From: a virus
Lineage: Duplodnaviria > Caudoviricetes
DNA length: 25,972 nucleotides
Direction: 5' to 3' (one strand)
Virus record (IMG/VR): IMGVR_UViG_3300030330_002475
Span: 1-25,972 of that record
In this document: positions 1 to 9,436 of the stretch, piece after piece
How the letters are laid out: every line of letters starts with the position of its first letter
Position numbering within the stretch: position 1 is the first letter of the stretch
Program-made: the position numbers and the translations under genes
Notes under the pieces: generated by a model
Databases searched by the model: none
What the model was told of the DNA's origin: nothing
The model's input: the letters and a program-made list of their open reading frames with translations, nothing else

Positions 1-1
1 T

Positions 2-400
2 TGGCAGAATCCTTACGGAAGCGATGGCCAACTCCAGCAAGCTCCTGCCGTGACTCAACAACCAATGATGCCAAACCCATATATGCAGCAGCAGATGCCT
101 ATGCAGGGTGGGGCTAGTATGTTTAAGCCGTGGACATGGTTCGGCGTAGGCGCAGCTACCACCCAACCACAAGCTTGGCAGTTACCACCTCCAGCGTTAG
201 ACACACTAGCTAACGGAGAACAGTTCTATACAGCAAATGGCGGAGGACCTCCACCATTGGCACAACAGCAAGGATACCTTACGTTACCAGTCGGAGCAAT
301 CGGCTGGAACATGGCAGGACAACCTATCGACATGAACGGTATGGTTGTAGCAACTACAGGCGAGAAGTTGATGAATACAGCATTGAGTAGGATACTATAA
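2..400 (+). CDS. Gln/Pro/Met/Gly-rich low-complexity protein, 5'-truncated by window edge
   Basis: The frame is open from position 2 (TGG CAG AAT...), so the GTG at 50 is not necessarily the start. The stop overlaps the next ATG (TAATG). Confidence 0.7.
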   Translation, partial: WQNPYGSDGQLQQAPAVTQQPMMPNPYMQQQMPMQGGASMFKPWTWFGVGAATTQPQAWQLPPPALDTLANGEQFYTANGGGPPPLAQQQGYLTLPVGAIGWNMAGQPIDMNGMVVATTGEKLMNTALSRIL

Positions 401-1131
401 TGGTAGCTTACTGTACTGCAACACAAGTAGCGCAATTTCTTCAGGTAGATGCATTCAGCGGTTCTACTACACCAACTAATACGGTTGTTGACTCATTTAT
501 TGAGATGTCAGAGGCACGTGTAGATGAGCTTACGAATCATGCATGGGCTACAGCAAGAGCAGGTACAGTGACAAACGAAAGAGCAAGAATACAATTAGTA
601 AGGTCTAATGTAGTAAATTCTAGGGGTAGAATACAACTAGAACATTATCCTATTGTAGATATGGCAAGCGGTACAGATGCTTTGAATGTATGGGATGGTT
701 CAGCTTACACAGAATATCTTGCAAATAAAACAGGAACTAACACAGTTACAGATTCTGTAAACAAGGATTGGTGGGTAGACACAGAACGTGGTATTGTCTA
801 CATCAATAATTATGCAACTATGAATATGATGAACAGTAGTCCGCAAGGCGTAGATGCGTATGTTACGTACAGATACAGGACAGCTTCTACTCCTGATGAT
901 ATAAAATTAGCAACTATCTATTTTACAGCAGCAATGATTGCAATGAATGATGATTTGAATCTTATGCAAGAGGGCGATGATTCAATGGACAATGCAGCAC
1001 GTTCACAGCGATTTGAAGAGATGGCAATGAAGGTGTTGAAGGACGGCGGTAGATTAGATAGAGGTATGGCAATGGCAAGAGCTATTGGCGGATTTGGCGT
1101 AGGGAGGACCGCCTTAGATAACGTATATTGA
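400..1131 (+). CDS. Head-tail adaptor/connector (SPP1 gp15/HK97 gp6-like)
   Basis: N-terminal YCTATQVAQFL and C-terminal YRYRTASTPDDIKLATIYFTA are typical adaptor signatures. First gene of the neck/tail block. Confidence 0.7.
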   Translation: MVAYCTATQVAQFLQVDAFSGSTTPTNTVVDSFIEMSEARVDELTNHAWATARAGTVTNERARIQLVRSNVVNSRGRIQLEHYPIVDMASGTDALNVWDGSAYTEYLANKTGTNTVTDSVNKDWWVDTERGIVYINNYATMNMMNSSPQGVDAYVTYRYRTASTPDDIKLATIYFTAAMIAMNDDLNLMQEGDDSMDNAARSQRFEEMAMKVLKDGGRLDRGMAMARAIGGFGVGRTALDNVY

Positions 1132-1610
1132 TGGCAGCAACCTATGCAGCTTTGGCAGACCCTGTAACGGCAGTGGTAGATTTGTTAAGTAACAACTGGT
1201 CAGAGGTTGCAAGTGGTGTAGGTAACAATCTTACATCGGCAGGTGGCACATTAAAGATAGACGAATCTTGGGATATGGGTAAATATAATTTAAAAAATAA
1301 TGATGTTATAAGATGTTATGAAGTTTCTGGTGGACATGATATGTTAGGTATTGGTAAGGGAGTAGATAGACATACTGCATCTATCGCAATAGATATGTCC
1401 ACAGCAGTAAGCAGAGATAGGCTTAGACGCCTTTACACTGGGGTAGTACACCTCATTCACGCAGGACGCGCTAAAAGCGTTGGAACTGCACTTAATAGCG
1501 ATTATGCAAGCATTGTCTTGACTAGTCGCACAGACCTGTCGGATAGAAATCGCCGATGGTTTCGTTATGTTCTTAACTGTGATATCACAAGTTATGAGGT
1601 GGTAAATTAA
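1131..1610 (+). CDS. Putative tail terminator/tail completion protein
   Basis: About 160 aa, between adaptor and tail tube, with a C-terminal beta-strand pattern (RWFRYVLNCDI). TGATG coupling gives an ATG start at 1131. Confidence 0.5.
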   Translation: MAATYAALADPVTAVVDLLSNNWSEVASGVGNNLTSAGGTLKIDESWDMGKYNLKNNDVIRCYEVSGGHDMLGIGKGVDRHTASIAIDMSTAVSRDRLRRLYTGVVHLIHAGRAKSVGTALNSDYASIVLTSRTDLSDRNRRWFRYVLNCDITSYEVVN

Positions 1611-1611
1611 A

Positions 1612-2904
1612 ATGGTAAAAATTACACAAGACGTACAGGCAGCTTTCGAAGTAGAAACAGATTATGGGAATCCCCCAAACGGTACTTTGTCGCATTTAGG
1701 TCTATTGGACACATTTGACCCTAGGGCAGTAGAAATGAATATTGCACCTATACCTAGCATTGGTCAGTCAACGGATGCATTTCATGCACGTGGACCAATT
1801 AATGTTAGTTTACCGTTAAAGGTAGCGTGTCAAGGCACAGGTTGGAAAGCTCTTTTAGGTAGAGCAATAGGAGTTACTACTGAGTTTGGCTCTACAAAAA
1901 CACCATCAAAATTAACGTCAAGTGTAGATTCGCTTTCAATACTTGCAAAAGAAACAGGAGGTGCTTTTACTTTAGTAGGCGGAGTTGTTCCTAATGAAGT
2001 AACTTTAGAGGCAGATTACACTGCTGGCGGATTTATTACTTTAGATACGGTTTGCACTGCTCAATTTAGTGAAGATTCATCTAATGGTAACTTTACTGAG
2101 TTTTACGGTGATAATTATTCTACTACTCCATTTCCTGCAGCACCGACTGCAGACCCTTTATTGCCAACTGATTTGACTGTAAGTTTTTCTACAGCTACTA
2201 CTGATGGTATAAAAATTAACAGAACTGCAGGTCACTCTGTAGAAATAGGTGAAAAATTTATGAAGATATTAGACACTGGCGGTAGCGCAGACTCAGGTTA
2301 TGCGTCTGGAGACCACGCAGCGATTGTGGATGACGCTGTGATTGATTTAGACCACGCAGATACTGAGACAATCACAGAGCTTGAGGCAGTCCTTAATGCA
2401 GGAGTTACAAGCTCAGCAACAGCAGTCAATGGCGGTGCAGACCCTCAAAATCTTTTGAAAGGTATTTACAAAATGGTAGGTAGTGATGTTACAATACCTG
2501 TAATTAATGACGGTGACCCAACTATGACTGAGTTTTCAAATTTAAAAACTGTTGCTTTAAAAATAGCAAACAACAACACTTCTATTCCTGGTAAAACTGG
2601 AAGTACTTGGTTACAGAATAACAAAATTTCAAGAGGTAAAGCAGACGTTACACTAGATATTACAACGACTGCAGAGAATGAACAAATATATAACGCATAT
2701 GTTGACAAAACTACATTGCCACTTGTACGATTGGACTTTGGTACAGAAGGAAGTATTGCATTGACAAATGGAACTGTCACTGCTTTCTCAAGGCCGTTAA
2801 CTCCAGGAGGAGAAATCACAGAAACTTTTACTATTAAATTTAGAGGTAATGGGGATTTCTCAAATTACAGCGCATACGCAATAAGCGCAGACATGACATT
2901 ATAG
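1612..2904 (+). CDS. Major tail (tube) protein with internal insertion
   Basis: N-terminal FEVETDYG-x-PP motif and C-terminal RPLTPGGEITETFTIKFRG are tube-like. T/S/G/D-rich. SD GAGGTGG upstream. Confidence 0.65.
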   Translation: MVKITQDVQAAFEVETDYGNPPNGTLSHLGLLDTFDPRAVEMNIAPIPSIGQSTDAFHARGPINVSLPLKVACQGTGWKALLGRAIGVTTEFGSTKTPSKLTSSVDSLSILAKETGGAFTLVGGVVPNEVTLEADYTAGGFITLDTVCTAQFSEDSSNGNFTEFYGDNYSTTPFPAAPTADPLLPTDLTVSFSTATTDGIKINRTAGHSVEIGEKFMKILDTGGSADSGYASGDHAAIVDDAVIDLDHADTETITELEAVLNAGVTSSATAVNGGADPQNLLKGIYKMVGSDVTIPVINDGDPTMTEFSNLKTVALKIANNNTSIPGKTGSTWLQNNKISRGKADVTLDITTTAENEQIYNAYVDKTTLPLVRLDFGTEGSIALTNGTVTAFSRPLTPGGEITETFTIKFRGNGDFSNYSAYAISADMTL

Positions 2905-2910
2905 GTAGGT

Positions 2911-3474
2911 ATGGTAAACGTAACAGGTCAGTTAGACGCCCCCCTAGTAGACCTAGGAGCGATGAGGCAAGAGTATTGGGAACGACAAGAAGTAAAACTC
3001 CCATCACTGTCTAAGTTACACAAACCAAAAGGTTGGCGTAGTTGGTTCTACAAAGAGCAGACGCCTGTTGTTATTTTACAAAGATTAAAGACGGAGGATT
3101 GGGAGCGTATAAACAACGACCATTATTATCTCAAAAAAGAACTTGTAGATGAGATGCCAAGGATAAGAGAGATTTCTAAAAAAATTGAAAACCTTGAGCC
3201 TATTACAGACAAAGAAAGAATATACATGGCAGATTTAGATACACGTACACGTCCTATAGTTTTAGCAATGCTTGCTGAAATGATTATAGAACCTGTTATG
3301 AAATATGAAGATGTTGTTCTTATGTTTGAGTTTTTAGATGATTATGATTCTAAAACGTTGTTAAGTATTGTAAATACTATGACTGCAGAGAGAGCTAGCG
3401 TAGCAATCGCCACAGGCCGTGAACGTACAGCAGAGTTAGAGCAATTAAGAAAAGATGTGGGGCTGGCTAAATAA
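2911..3474 (+). CDS. Putative tail assembly chaperone
   Basis: Charged helical protein between tube and tape measure genes. Call rests on synteny only. Confidence 0.5.
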   Translation: MVNVTGQLDAPLVDLGAMRQEYWERQEVKLPSLSKLHKPKGWRSWFYKEQTPVVILQRLKTEDWERINNDHYYLKKELVDEMPRIREISKKIENLEPITDKERIYMADLDTRTRPIVLAMLAEMIIEPVMKYEDVVLMFEFLDDYDSKTLLSIVNTMTAERASVAIATGRERTAELEQLRKDVGLAK

Positions 3475-4295
3475 TGGGCGGGCCAGGTAGCGGTAGAAGA
3501 GGTCCAACAGCTCAAAGTCCAACCACAGGTAGATTTGTAATTGAAGGTGCAGTTACTATGACTGCGGTAGGTGCGATTGATACGTTTGATATGCTTGGTA
3601 AAGAGCAGATGGAATTGCAAGCCGCAATAGAGGATACTAGCCGAGAGATGGAAGAACAAGCTAGGGTAAGTAGAGATTTACAACAAGCAATAGATGATAG
3701 TTCAGATTCTAATAAAGAATTACTTGATGCACAGACTAAACAATTAATTTTGATACAATCTCTTACTTCTGGAGTAAACCAGTTAACTGGTGGTTTATAC
3801 AAAGCAATCGCAGGTGCAGAAGCACTTGGAGCTGTAAATGAAGAGCAAGCTAGAAAACTTCAAGAGGTAGTTAGAGTTGCAGAATTGTTTACTGGTACAT
3901 TAGAAACTCTTTTGGCAGTCGAGCTTTTGCTTTTTGCAACTACTGGCAAAGGATTGGTTGCAAGGTTGGGTTTACAAGCTTTAGGATTTAAGGGAGTAGC
4001 TGCGGCTGCAGGTAGTGCGGCAGCCTCAGTCGGTTTATTTGTATTAGCTACAGCAGGTATTATAATATTGGCGACAGCGATAGTGATATTGTTTGTCAAA
4101 TTAAATGAAAAGTTTGACATAGTTGGCAAGTCAATAGGAGTATTGAACGCAGGAGTATTTACTTTGGTAGAATTATTTACACAAGCAAAAGATGCAGGCG
4201 ACGGAGTTGTGTCAATGTTAACTGACATAGGTGATGCAGTTCTTGATAATCCTCTGACAAAAACAATAGCTAAAGCAGGAGGTGCAATACTGTAA
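3474..4295 (+). CDS. Short tape measure protein
   Basis: N-terminal coiled coil followed by Ala/Gly-rich hydrophobic, TM-like segments. Canonical position; only 273 aa. Confidence 0.6.
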   Translation: MGGPGSGRRGPTAQSPTTGRFVIEGAVTMTAVGAIDTFDMLGKEQMELQAAIEDTSREMEEQARVSRDLQQAIDDSSDSNKELLDAQTKQLILIQSLTSGVNQLTGGLYKAIAGAEALGAVNEEQARKLQEVVRVAELFTGTLETLLAVELLLFATTGKGLVARLGLQALGFKGVAAAAGSAAASVGLFVLATAGIIILATAIVILFVKLNEKFDIVGKSIGVLNAGVFTLVELFTQAKDAGDGVVSMLTDIGDAVLDNPLTKTIAKAGGAIL

Positions 4296-7171
4296 TGGTA
4301 GTTGTCGACCTTACGATGCATCCTGTAAATGATGCTTCTTTGACGCCGAATCCTAATCCATTTAGTTTAGCAGGAGGTACACACAGCACGGCTAGAACGG
4401 CGGTTGTGTCAACTTTTAGTGGTGATACTACCTTAGGTGATGCAGGATTAAAAGTTGGGTTTGATGGCGGAGAATACAAAGCTATAATTTATGGTAGACT
4501 TCCAGAAAAGAAAGATGCTCTTGGTGAAACTGGCGATGCTAATGCAAACATAGTTGGTATGAAATTAAATTTTACTATAAATAATAATGACACAACAGCT
4601 TTACATTATGCGATTTCTGAGTTTGATGTTAAATTAGATGCAGGTATTTCAGGAACTAACGGTTATCAATTTACAGACATGGCAAGAATCTGTGTGGATG
4701 GAATTGACCACGATGCAACACCAACCGCAGTCACGCAAGGATGGTTTAAAGAGGTCGTTGCAAATAAATCACCTTTAAATATTACAGACGGAAATTTTGG
4801 AAGTATTGAAGATAATAAAGGCCCTATAAAAAGTGTTACGGGGGACTTTGGTTTTGGAGCAAATGGTATAATTGCTTTTTTTAGACCAGATACAGCCGAC
4901 GTAGACTTTTCAATAGATATGAAAGAATTTGTAAAAAGTAACTCATTGAATTGGGGAGATTACTTTTCCTTTATTATTCAGCGTATGGATAACGATGATA
5001 CGTCTACAGCAGGTCATATTACATTTAAACAAGTAGATTCTGGGACTACATCAAGAAAAACAATAAACGGTAATTCTTCAGGTTCAGCAGACCACTCCAC
5101 TGGTTTTGATATTGTAATTCAGTATGAAGATAAAGAACCAACAAGGCCAATAATAGATTTAAAAGCAGACACTGATATGATTAATGCTGTTGTAGATTTG
5201 AAAACAAAACCTACTGATATTGATATTAAAGAATTGCGTACCGTATGGAAGAAAGGGACTCCAGACACTGTTGATGGTGTTGAGGGAGTTACATATACTA
5301 CAGGCGGAGCTACCTCTGTTGCTGTTACGAATCTTGGTAAGGACTCATTAAAAGAAGCTGACGGGGACATACAATCAGATTACTTAGCCGACATGGGCAG
5401 TAATAATACATATCAACTTGTTACTTACGCTACGGACCAAAACAGTAATACTATGAGTAATCTTGTAACTCATTTTAGATTGCGGGCTGCAGGTTCAGTG
5501 ACATCTAATAATCCAACTATTGGTGAAGAGGTTACCTTGACGGTAGTAGCTTATTCTCATTCAAGTAGTGCAACACCTGCTGAGTTTACTAAGTTTGGTG
5601 TTAACTGGGACGGTAATGCTACAGCTTCACAAGATTCATTAGATGATTATACTATTGTAGAGCTTGACGAGCCTACGACAAGCACAACTCTAAAACATAC
5701 TTTTCACAAGGCAAACGCTGACACATATGTTAATATTTTTGTTGTTGATTCAAAAGGATTTAGAAGTGACTTCCAACGTGCACAGGATGTAGATGTACAA
5801 GAATCTAATCCTGTAGCAGTATTGAGAACAAGTAGAGACACTGCATTACGTGCAAAGTATGGTGATGACTTTTCTGTAATCAATCTGTCTTTGTCACATA
5901 GTTATCCAATCGGTAGTGATAGAGAGATACTTACTTACAAGTTTAAACACAATGCTGCAAGGACATCTCCATTGACAACCTTCCCTATGTCTAATGACAA
6001 TTCAGGATTCAAGGATGGCTCTCAGCAAATTAGATTAACTTGTCAAAATGTAAGTAATACTGGACCAGGCACACCTACAACGCTCAAAGTATTTGGTAGA
6101 GTATCTGTAATGGATGATGGAACTGATGTTGCAGATGACCAAAATACCTTTGACCATTATGAATATAAAGTAGTAGAGTTAGTTCCTAACAATACAAAAA
6201 ATACTGCAGGTGTAAATTCAAGCGAGTTTTTCAAATCTGTAGATTTTTGTGTCTTTTCTGAAATATCTACAAATGATGATGCTAATGCTGCAAGGTACAT
6301 ATTAGATGATATGGATGGTAATGTTATTAATGACAAACTTTGTGGCGGTAAAAACAATTACGCATGGGGAGGATTTAGAAATCTAACTACAGGTATTTCT
6401 ACTTTGGATATTAGTAACGCTGAAACATTGGATGCTGGCGTAAGTGAAGCTAAATTTATTGATAACGGTGCACGAGTTGGAGATACTATTTTTATTAACA
6501 CACCAGAAAACGCAAACAATAATGGAATTTATACTTTATCAGAAGTTACAACTACAAGGTTAAAAGTTAACGAAGATATAGACACAACAAACGCAGACGA
6601 TACTACAGCAGATATAATTACTGTTGCTGGCCCTACTTTGCCTATTGCATCTTATGAATCAGGACTTACACCTACTATAACTTGTCAGGTAGTATCACGC
6701 AAGGTTGGTGATTATACTACTGACGAATTGGACAACTCTTCAGAAGTAACCCAGACAATAACAATAGTAAGTGAAGTAATACATACATTAGATTTAGATA
6801 CAATGGTAGATAATGGTGACTTAGCAATTTTAAGTGCAAACCTAAGTAGAAGTGGAGGGTTGGCTTCACGTATGCCTTTAGGTTCTAGGGCTTATCCTAT
6901 TTCACCTACAAGAACATCTTTAGGGTTACCAACGATGGCGGTATCAGTTCGCACGTTAACACAGACAGGTTATCGAAAGATTTGGAATCTAATTGAAGGG
7001 GACAGATATGAATGGTCTACGATTGATTCAAAGAAAGTAGATTCTCCGTCCACAGCTTACAAGCAGTTGCGATTACGTTTGAGTAATGGTAACTTGAACA
7101 AAGACCCTGCCATGGCTAATCAGTATGTGGCATCATTAAATTTTATAGTAATCGGTGAGTTGGTATCATAG
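4295..7171 (+). CDS. Large tail-tip/adhesin protein with PKD/Ig-like domain, possibly Dit-like C-terminus
   Basis: 958 aa, D/T/S/N-rich beta protein. PKD-like motif FGVNWDG...TLKHTF...VNIFVVDSKG. Follows the TMP; SD GGAGGTG. Confidence 0.55.
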   Translation: MVVVDLTMHPVNDASLTPNPNPFSLAGGTHSTARTAVVSTFSGDTTLGDAGLKVGFDGGEYKAIIYGRLPEKKDALGETGDANANIVGMKLNFTINNNDTTALHYAISEFDVKLDAGISGTNGYQFTDMARICVDGIDHDATPTAVTQGWFKEVVANKSPLNITDGNFGSIEDNKGPIKSVTGDFGFGANGIIAFFRPDTADVDFSIDMKEFVKSNSLNWGDYFSFIIQRMDNDDTSTAGHITFKQVDSGTTSRKTINGNSSGSADHSTGFDIVIQYEDKEPTRPIIDLKADTDMINAVVDLKTKPTDIDIKELRTVWKKGTPDTVDGVEGVTYTTGGATSVAVTNLGKDSLKEADGDIQSDYLADMGSNNTYQLVTYATDQNSNTMSNLVTHFRLRAAGSVTSNNPTIGEEVTLTVVAYSHSSSATPAEFTKFGVNWDGNATASQDSLDDYTIVELDEPTTSTTLKHTFHKANADTYVNIFVVDSKGFRSDFQRAQDVDVQESNPVAVLRTSRDTALRAKYGDDFSVINLSLSHSYPIGSDREILTYKFKHNAARTSPLTTFPMSNDNSGFKDGSQQIRLTCQNVSNTGPGTPTTLKVFGRVSVMDDGTDVADDQNTFDHYEYKVVELVPNNTKNTAGVNSSEFFKSVDFCVFSEISTNDDANAARYILDDMDGNVINDKLCGGKNNYAWGGFRNLTTGISTLDISNAETLDAGVSEAKFIDNGARVGDTIFINTPENANNNGIYTLSEVTTTRLKVNEDIDTTNADDTTADIITVAGPTLPIASYESGLTPTITCQVVSRKVGDYTTDELDNSSEVTQTITIVSEVIHTLDLDTMVDNGDLAILSANLSRSGGLASRMPLGSRAYPISPTRTSLGLPTMAVSVRTLTQTGYRKIWNLIEGDRYEWSTIDSKKVDSPSTAYKQLRLRLSNGNLNKDPAMANQYVASLNFIVIGELVS

Positions 7172-8278
7172 ATGTCTGCCACAGACAGAGATGTTTTTCC
7201 TGAAACATTATCTTTTAATTTAACAATAGATGGCATTGTCTTTCCTAATGCCGTCAATGCAAGAGTCACACACACTTTCAATTCTGCTAGAGTGCTCACT
7301 GTGAATTTTATAGGTCAGGAGTCTCTTGATGTATGTAGGCTTGGTGCGGAAGTAGAGTTGTCTTGGGGTAGAGGTAACCTAAGCAATCTGGTGGATGACA
7401 AAAAGTTTATCGGCATAATTAAAAATGTATCGCCCAAACCAGAAGTATCTACATTTACGGCATTGGACTTTACCACATTGCTTGCAGAATCTCAGTTTGT
7501 AAAATTTAAACCTCAAGACTATATTGGTGAGGATTTGTATTTTGCCGCAGCCAAGGCTTGCAATTACAAAGGCATAGATGTTTCACGATTAACACGTGGT
7601 TCAGGTTTGATGATAACAAAGGATATGGATTTATTTGGTTGGAAAACTAGGAAAGAGTTTATTGATGCATGCTTTGCTGAAATGAAAGTATTGGTCAATG
7701 ACCAGTTTCATAAACCTAATACTATCAAGCAATGGCGTTATGCAATCAGGTCAGGTAAAGTGATGGATTTCTTTTTATCAGATGAATCAAATACAGTTAC
7801 CTCATTTCCTTATGTAGAAGTGTCCATAGAGGACGCGAATATTATTAATGGTGGGGTAGTATCCAAAATAGATTCAACGCGCCTTATCAACGCAATAACA
7901 GTAGTTAGTAGTGATGATGAAGATATAGCAGTGCAGTTAGAAGATTCAGGCAGTCAAAAAAGATATGGAGTAGTTAGTAATTTTATATCATATAAATCAA
8001 AAGATAAGAATGAATTAGAAGATGTCGCTTATAAAGTATTGAATAGATTTAAAGAACCTACAGTTAGTTACACGTTAAGTTTGTCTAACCTTGATAATTT
8101 AGATATAGGTGATATTGTAGAAATCAATATGCCTTCTTTACCTAAAGCGACAAGGGAAGTAGTAATAGGATATGAGGTAACTTATGGAGATACATTACAA
8201 ACTAGTTATGTTGTTGGTCAACCAAGAGTAACTCCTAAAGAGTTCTTAGAATTATTAAAAGAACCAACAGATAGATAG
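7172..8278 (+). CDS. Baseplate hub/Tal-like tail protein (Mu gp44/T4 gp27 type fold)
   Basis: 368 aa with hub-like motifs (INAITV, DSGSQKRYGV, LDIGDIVEI). Last gene of the tail operon. Confidence 0.6.
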   Translation: MSATDRDVFPETLSFNLTIDGIVFPNAVNARVTHTFNSARVLTVNFIGQESLDVCRLGAEVELSWGRGNLSNLVDDKKFIGIIKNVSPKPEVSTFTALDFTTLLAESQFVKFKPQDYIGEDLYFAAAKACNYKGIDVSRLTRGSGLMITKDMDLFGWKTRKEFIDACFAEMKVLVNDQFHKPNTIKQWRYAIRSGKVMDFFLSDESNTVTSFPYVEVSIEDANIINGGVVSKIDSTRLINAITVVSSDDEDIAVQLEDSGSQKRYGVVSNFISYKSKDKNELEDVAYKVLNRFKEPTVSYTLSLSNLDNLDIGDIVEINMPSLPKATREVVIGYEVTYGDTLQTSYVVGQPRVTPKEFLELLKEPTDR

Positions 8279-8416
8279 ACACAGACACCTTCATTTCCAC
8301 TGGAGAATATAATATATATCTGGCAATATTTCTGAATATGATAATAAGCCGTCGAATCATCTGTGTTTGTTTTATAGATAAATAAAAAGTTCCAGTGGAA
8401 ACAAAGGTGTGTGTGT
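8279..8416. other. Archaeal oriC-like replication origin: inverted ORB pair flanking AT-rich DUE
   Basis: 26-bp inverted repeat at 8279-8304 and 8391-8416 (23/26 match). The boxes read CTCCAGTGGAAATGAAGG on the - strand and GTTCCAGTGGAAACAAAGG on the + strand, matching the Orc1/Cdc6 ORB consensus TTCCAGTGGAAAC-AAAGG. The 86-bp spacer is about 76% AT by hand count. Intergenic. Confidence 0.8.
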
Positions 8417-8561
8417 GTTAGAAAAGATATGGAGTGTTCAATGTAGCCCAACCGTTAGTTTCTCAAATTTTTGTTGAAAGTCCACGAGAAACTTAAGCTC
8501 GTCCGTAGTTCTCCTACGACTCTATTCTCCATAAGTGCCTATAAGTCCGTTCCTTAAAAGG

Positions 8562-8792
8562 TTAAGCTATACGTTTACCTAGGTGACTTACTTTGATTTC
8601 AATAGCCTTAGAATGGCCTACAACATATATCATACTATCAGTATGGGTGTATCCTTTCCTACCATATCCTTGTCTAGGCCTTTCCCATATGCCTAGTCTC
8701 TTGTGGTGATTAGGATGGTAGTCTTCTTTCATTTGGCTTAGCCATCTATTTGCTACAGCTAATGAATTGACCTGTACCATTCTAGTGGCCAT
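8562..8792 (-). CDS. Small basic hypothetical protein
   Basis: Third gene of a minus-strand operon. ATG at 8792 overlaps the end of the upstream gene. Confidence 0.6.
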   Translation of the reverse strand: MATRMVQVNSLAVANRWLSQMKEDYHPNHHKRLGIWERPRQGYGRKGYTHTDSMIYVVGHSKAIEIKVSHLGKRIA

Positions 8793-9009
8793 CTTTACCA
8801 TCCAGTTCATCTTTGACTGCTCTTAGTGCTTGAGTGAGGAATATCTTTGCACGCCTCATTTCTTTAGCATGCATGTCCATACTTTTCTCTAGGTCCATAG
8901 CTACTTCATCTGGTAAAGTATAGACAGTTTCTATATCAGCTCTAGCAGACTCGAAGTTCTTTGCGGTAGGAGTAGTTGCGCCAAGCTTGATTGTAACGGT
9001 TTTAATCAT
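8782..9009 (-). CDS. Hypothetical protein (beta-hairpin plus helix)
   Basis: ATGA overlap with the upstream stop (start 9009). K-x-G...NFESARADIE pattern resembles small phage proteins. Confidence 0.7.
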   Translation of the reverse strand: MIKTVTIKLGATTPTAKNFESARADIETVYTLPDEVAMDLEKSMDMHAKEMRRAKIFLTQALRAVKDELDGKDGH

Positions 9010-9248
9010 TTGCTTCTCCACTCTTTTTCTATTTCAATCTGTCTTTTTACTTCTAGTATTTGTGTGGTATACTTATTGTATGTTTGTATAGTTTTATACC
9101 TTTCATAGTAGTTAGATTGTTTCTTTATGTAATGAGTATAATGTTCTTCTAGTTCATCAAGACTCATGTTGTTTCGCTCTTCGATTGAGAGTATAGTAAA
9201 CTTGTTAGGTTTATCTTGCTTTTTTTGTGTCTTCTTGTTGTTTGACAT
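9006..9248 (-). CDS. Small coiled-coil hypothetical protein
   Basis: Leaderless ATG about 22-28 nt downstream of a TTATATA box. Confidence 0.7.
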   Translation of the reverse strand: MSNNKKTQKKQDKPNKFTILSIEERNNMSLDELEEHYTHYIKKQSNYYERYKTIQTYNKYTTQILEVKRQIEIEKEWRSK

Positions 9249-9269
9249 ACTTTAAGACATACAATATCA

Positions 9270-9277
9270 TATATAAG
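9270..9277 (-). promoter_or_regulatory. Archaeal TATA box (CTTATATA) for leaderless minus-strand operon
   Basis: TTATATA 22-28 nt upstream of ATG 9248. aagtATG start context is shared with other promoters in the window. Confidence 0.7.
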
Positions 9278-9311
9278 GCTATGGGAGGGTCGTTTTTGGC
9301 ACTTTTCCTAT

Positions 9312-9321
9312 GGGTTAAATA
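9312..9321 (+). promoter_or_regulatory. GGGTTAAATA TATA-like motif, copy 1
   Basis: Identical 10-mer at 11296-11305 and 11657-11666; all three copies are intergenic. Confidence 0.5.
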
Positions 9322-9405
9322 CATGGCCTGCGTACCCAAAAATGAGTACCTACTCACTTTTTCACGTCTACTCATGATTAAGTACATAAATATATCTATA
9401 GAAAA

Positions 9406-9415
9406 TTATATATAG
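9406..9415 (+). promoter_or_regulatory. TATA box (TTATATATAG) of early operon
   Basis: 22-31 nt upstream of ATG 9437, preceded by purine-rich GAAAA (BRE-like). Confidence 0.7.
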
Positions 9416-9436
9416 CATGCTCTCCAATGTAGGTGT

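Noticed and set aside
2911-3474. Programmed frameshift in the tail chaperone (lambda G/GT type)
   Set aside because: The TMP starts at the chaperone stop (TAATG), leaving no room for a second chaperone frame, and there is no clear slippery site near the 3' end.
8407-8418. (GT)n microsatellite
   Set aside because: Short, and explained as the tail of the right ORB arm, mirrored in the left arm.
8218-8451. 77-aa minus-strand ORF across the origin
   Set aside because: TTG start, overlaps the ORB pair and the hub gene end, and has an implausible composition.
8457-8518. Two small hairpins (AGTTTCTC/GAGAAACT; CGTAG/CTACG) beside the origin as a structured RNA
   Set aside because: Stems are short and could occur by chance, and there is no tRNA or known ncRNA pattern. 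They might act as terminators but that cannot be supported.
9227-9415. 62-aa ORF across the divergent promoter region
   Set aside because: Spans TATA boxes and operator-like dyads and overlaps the start of the minus-strand gene.
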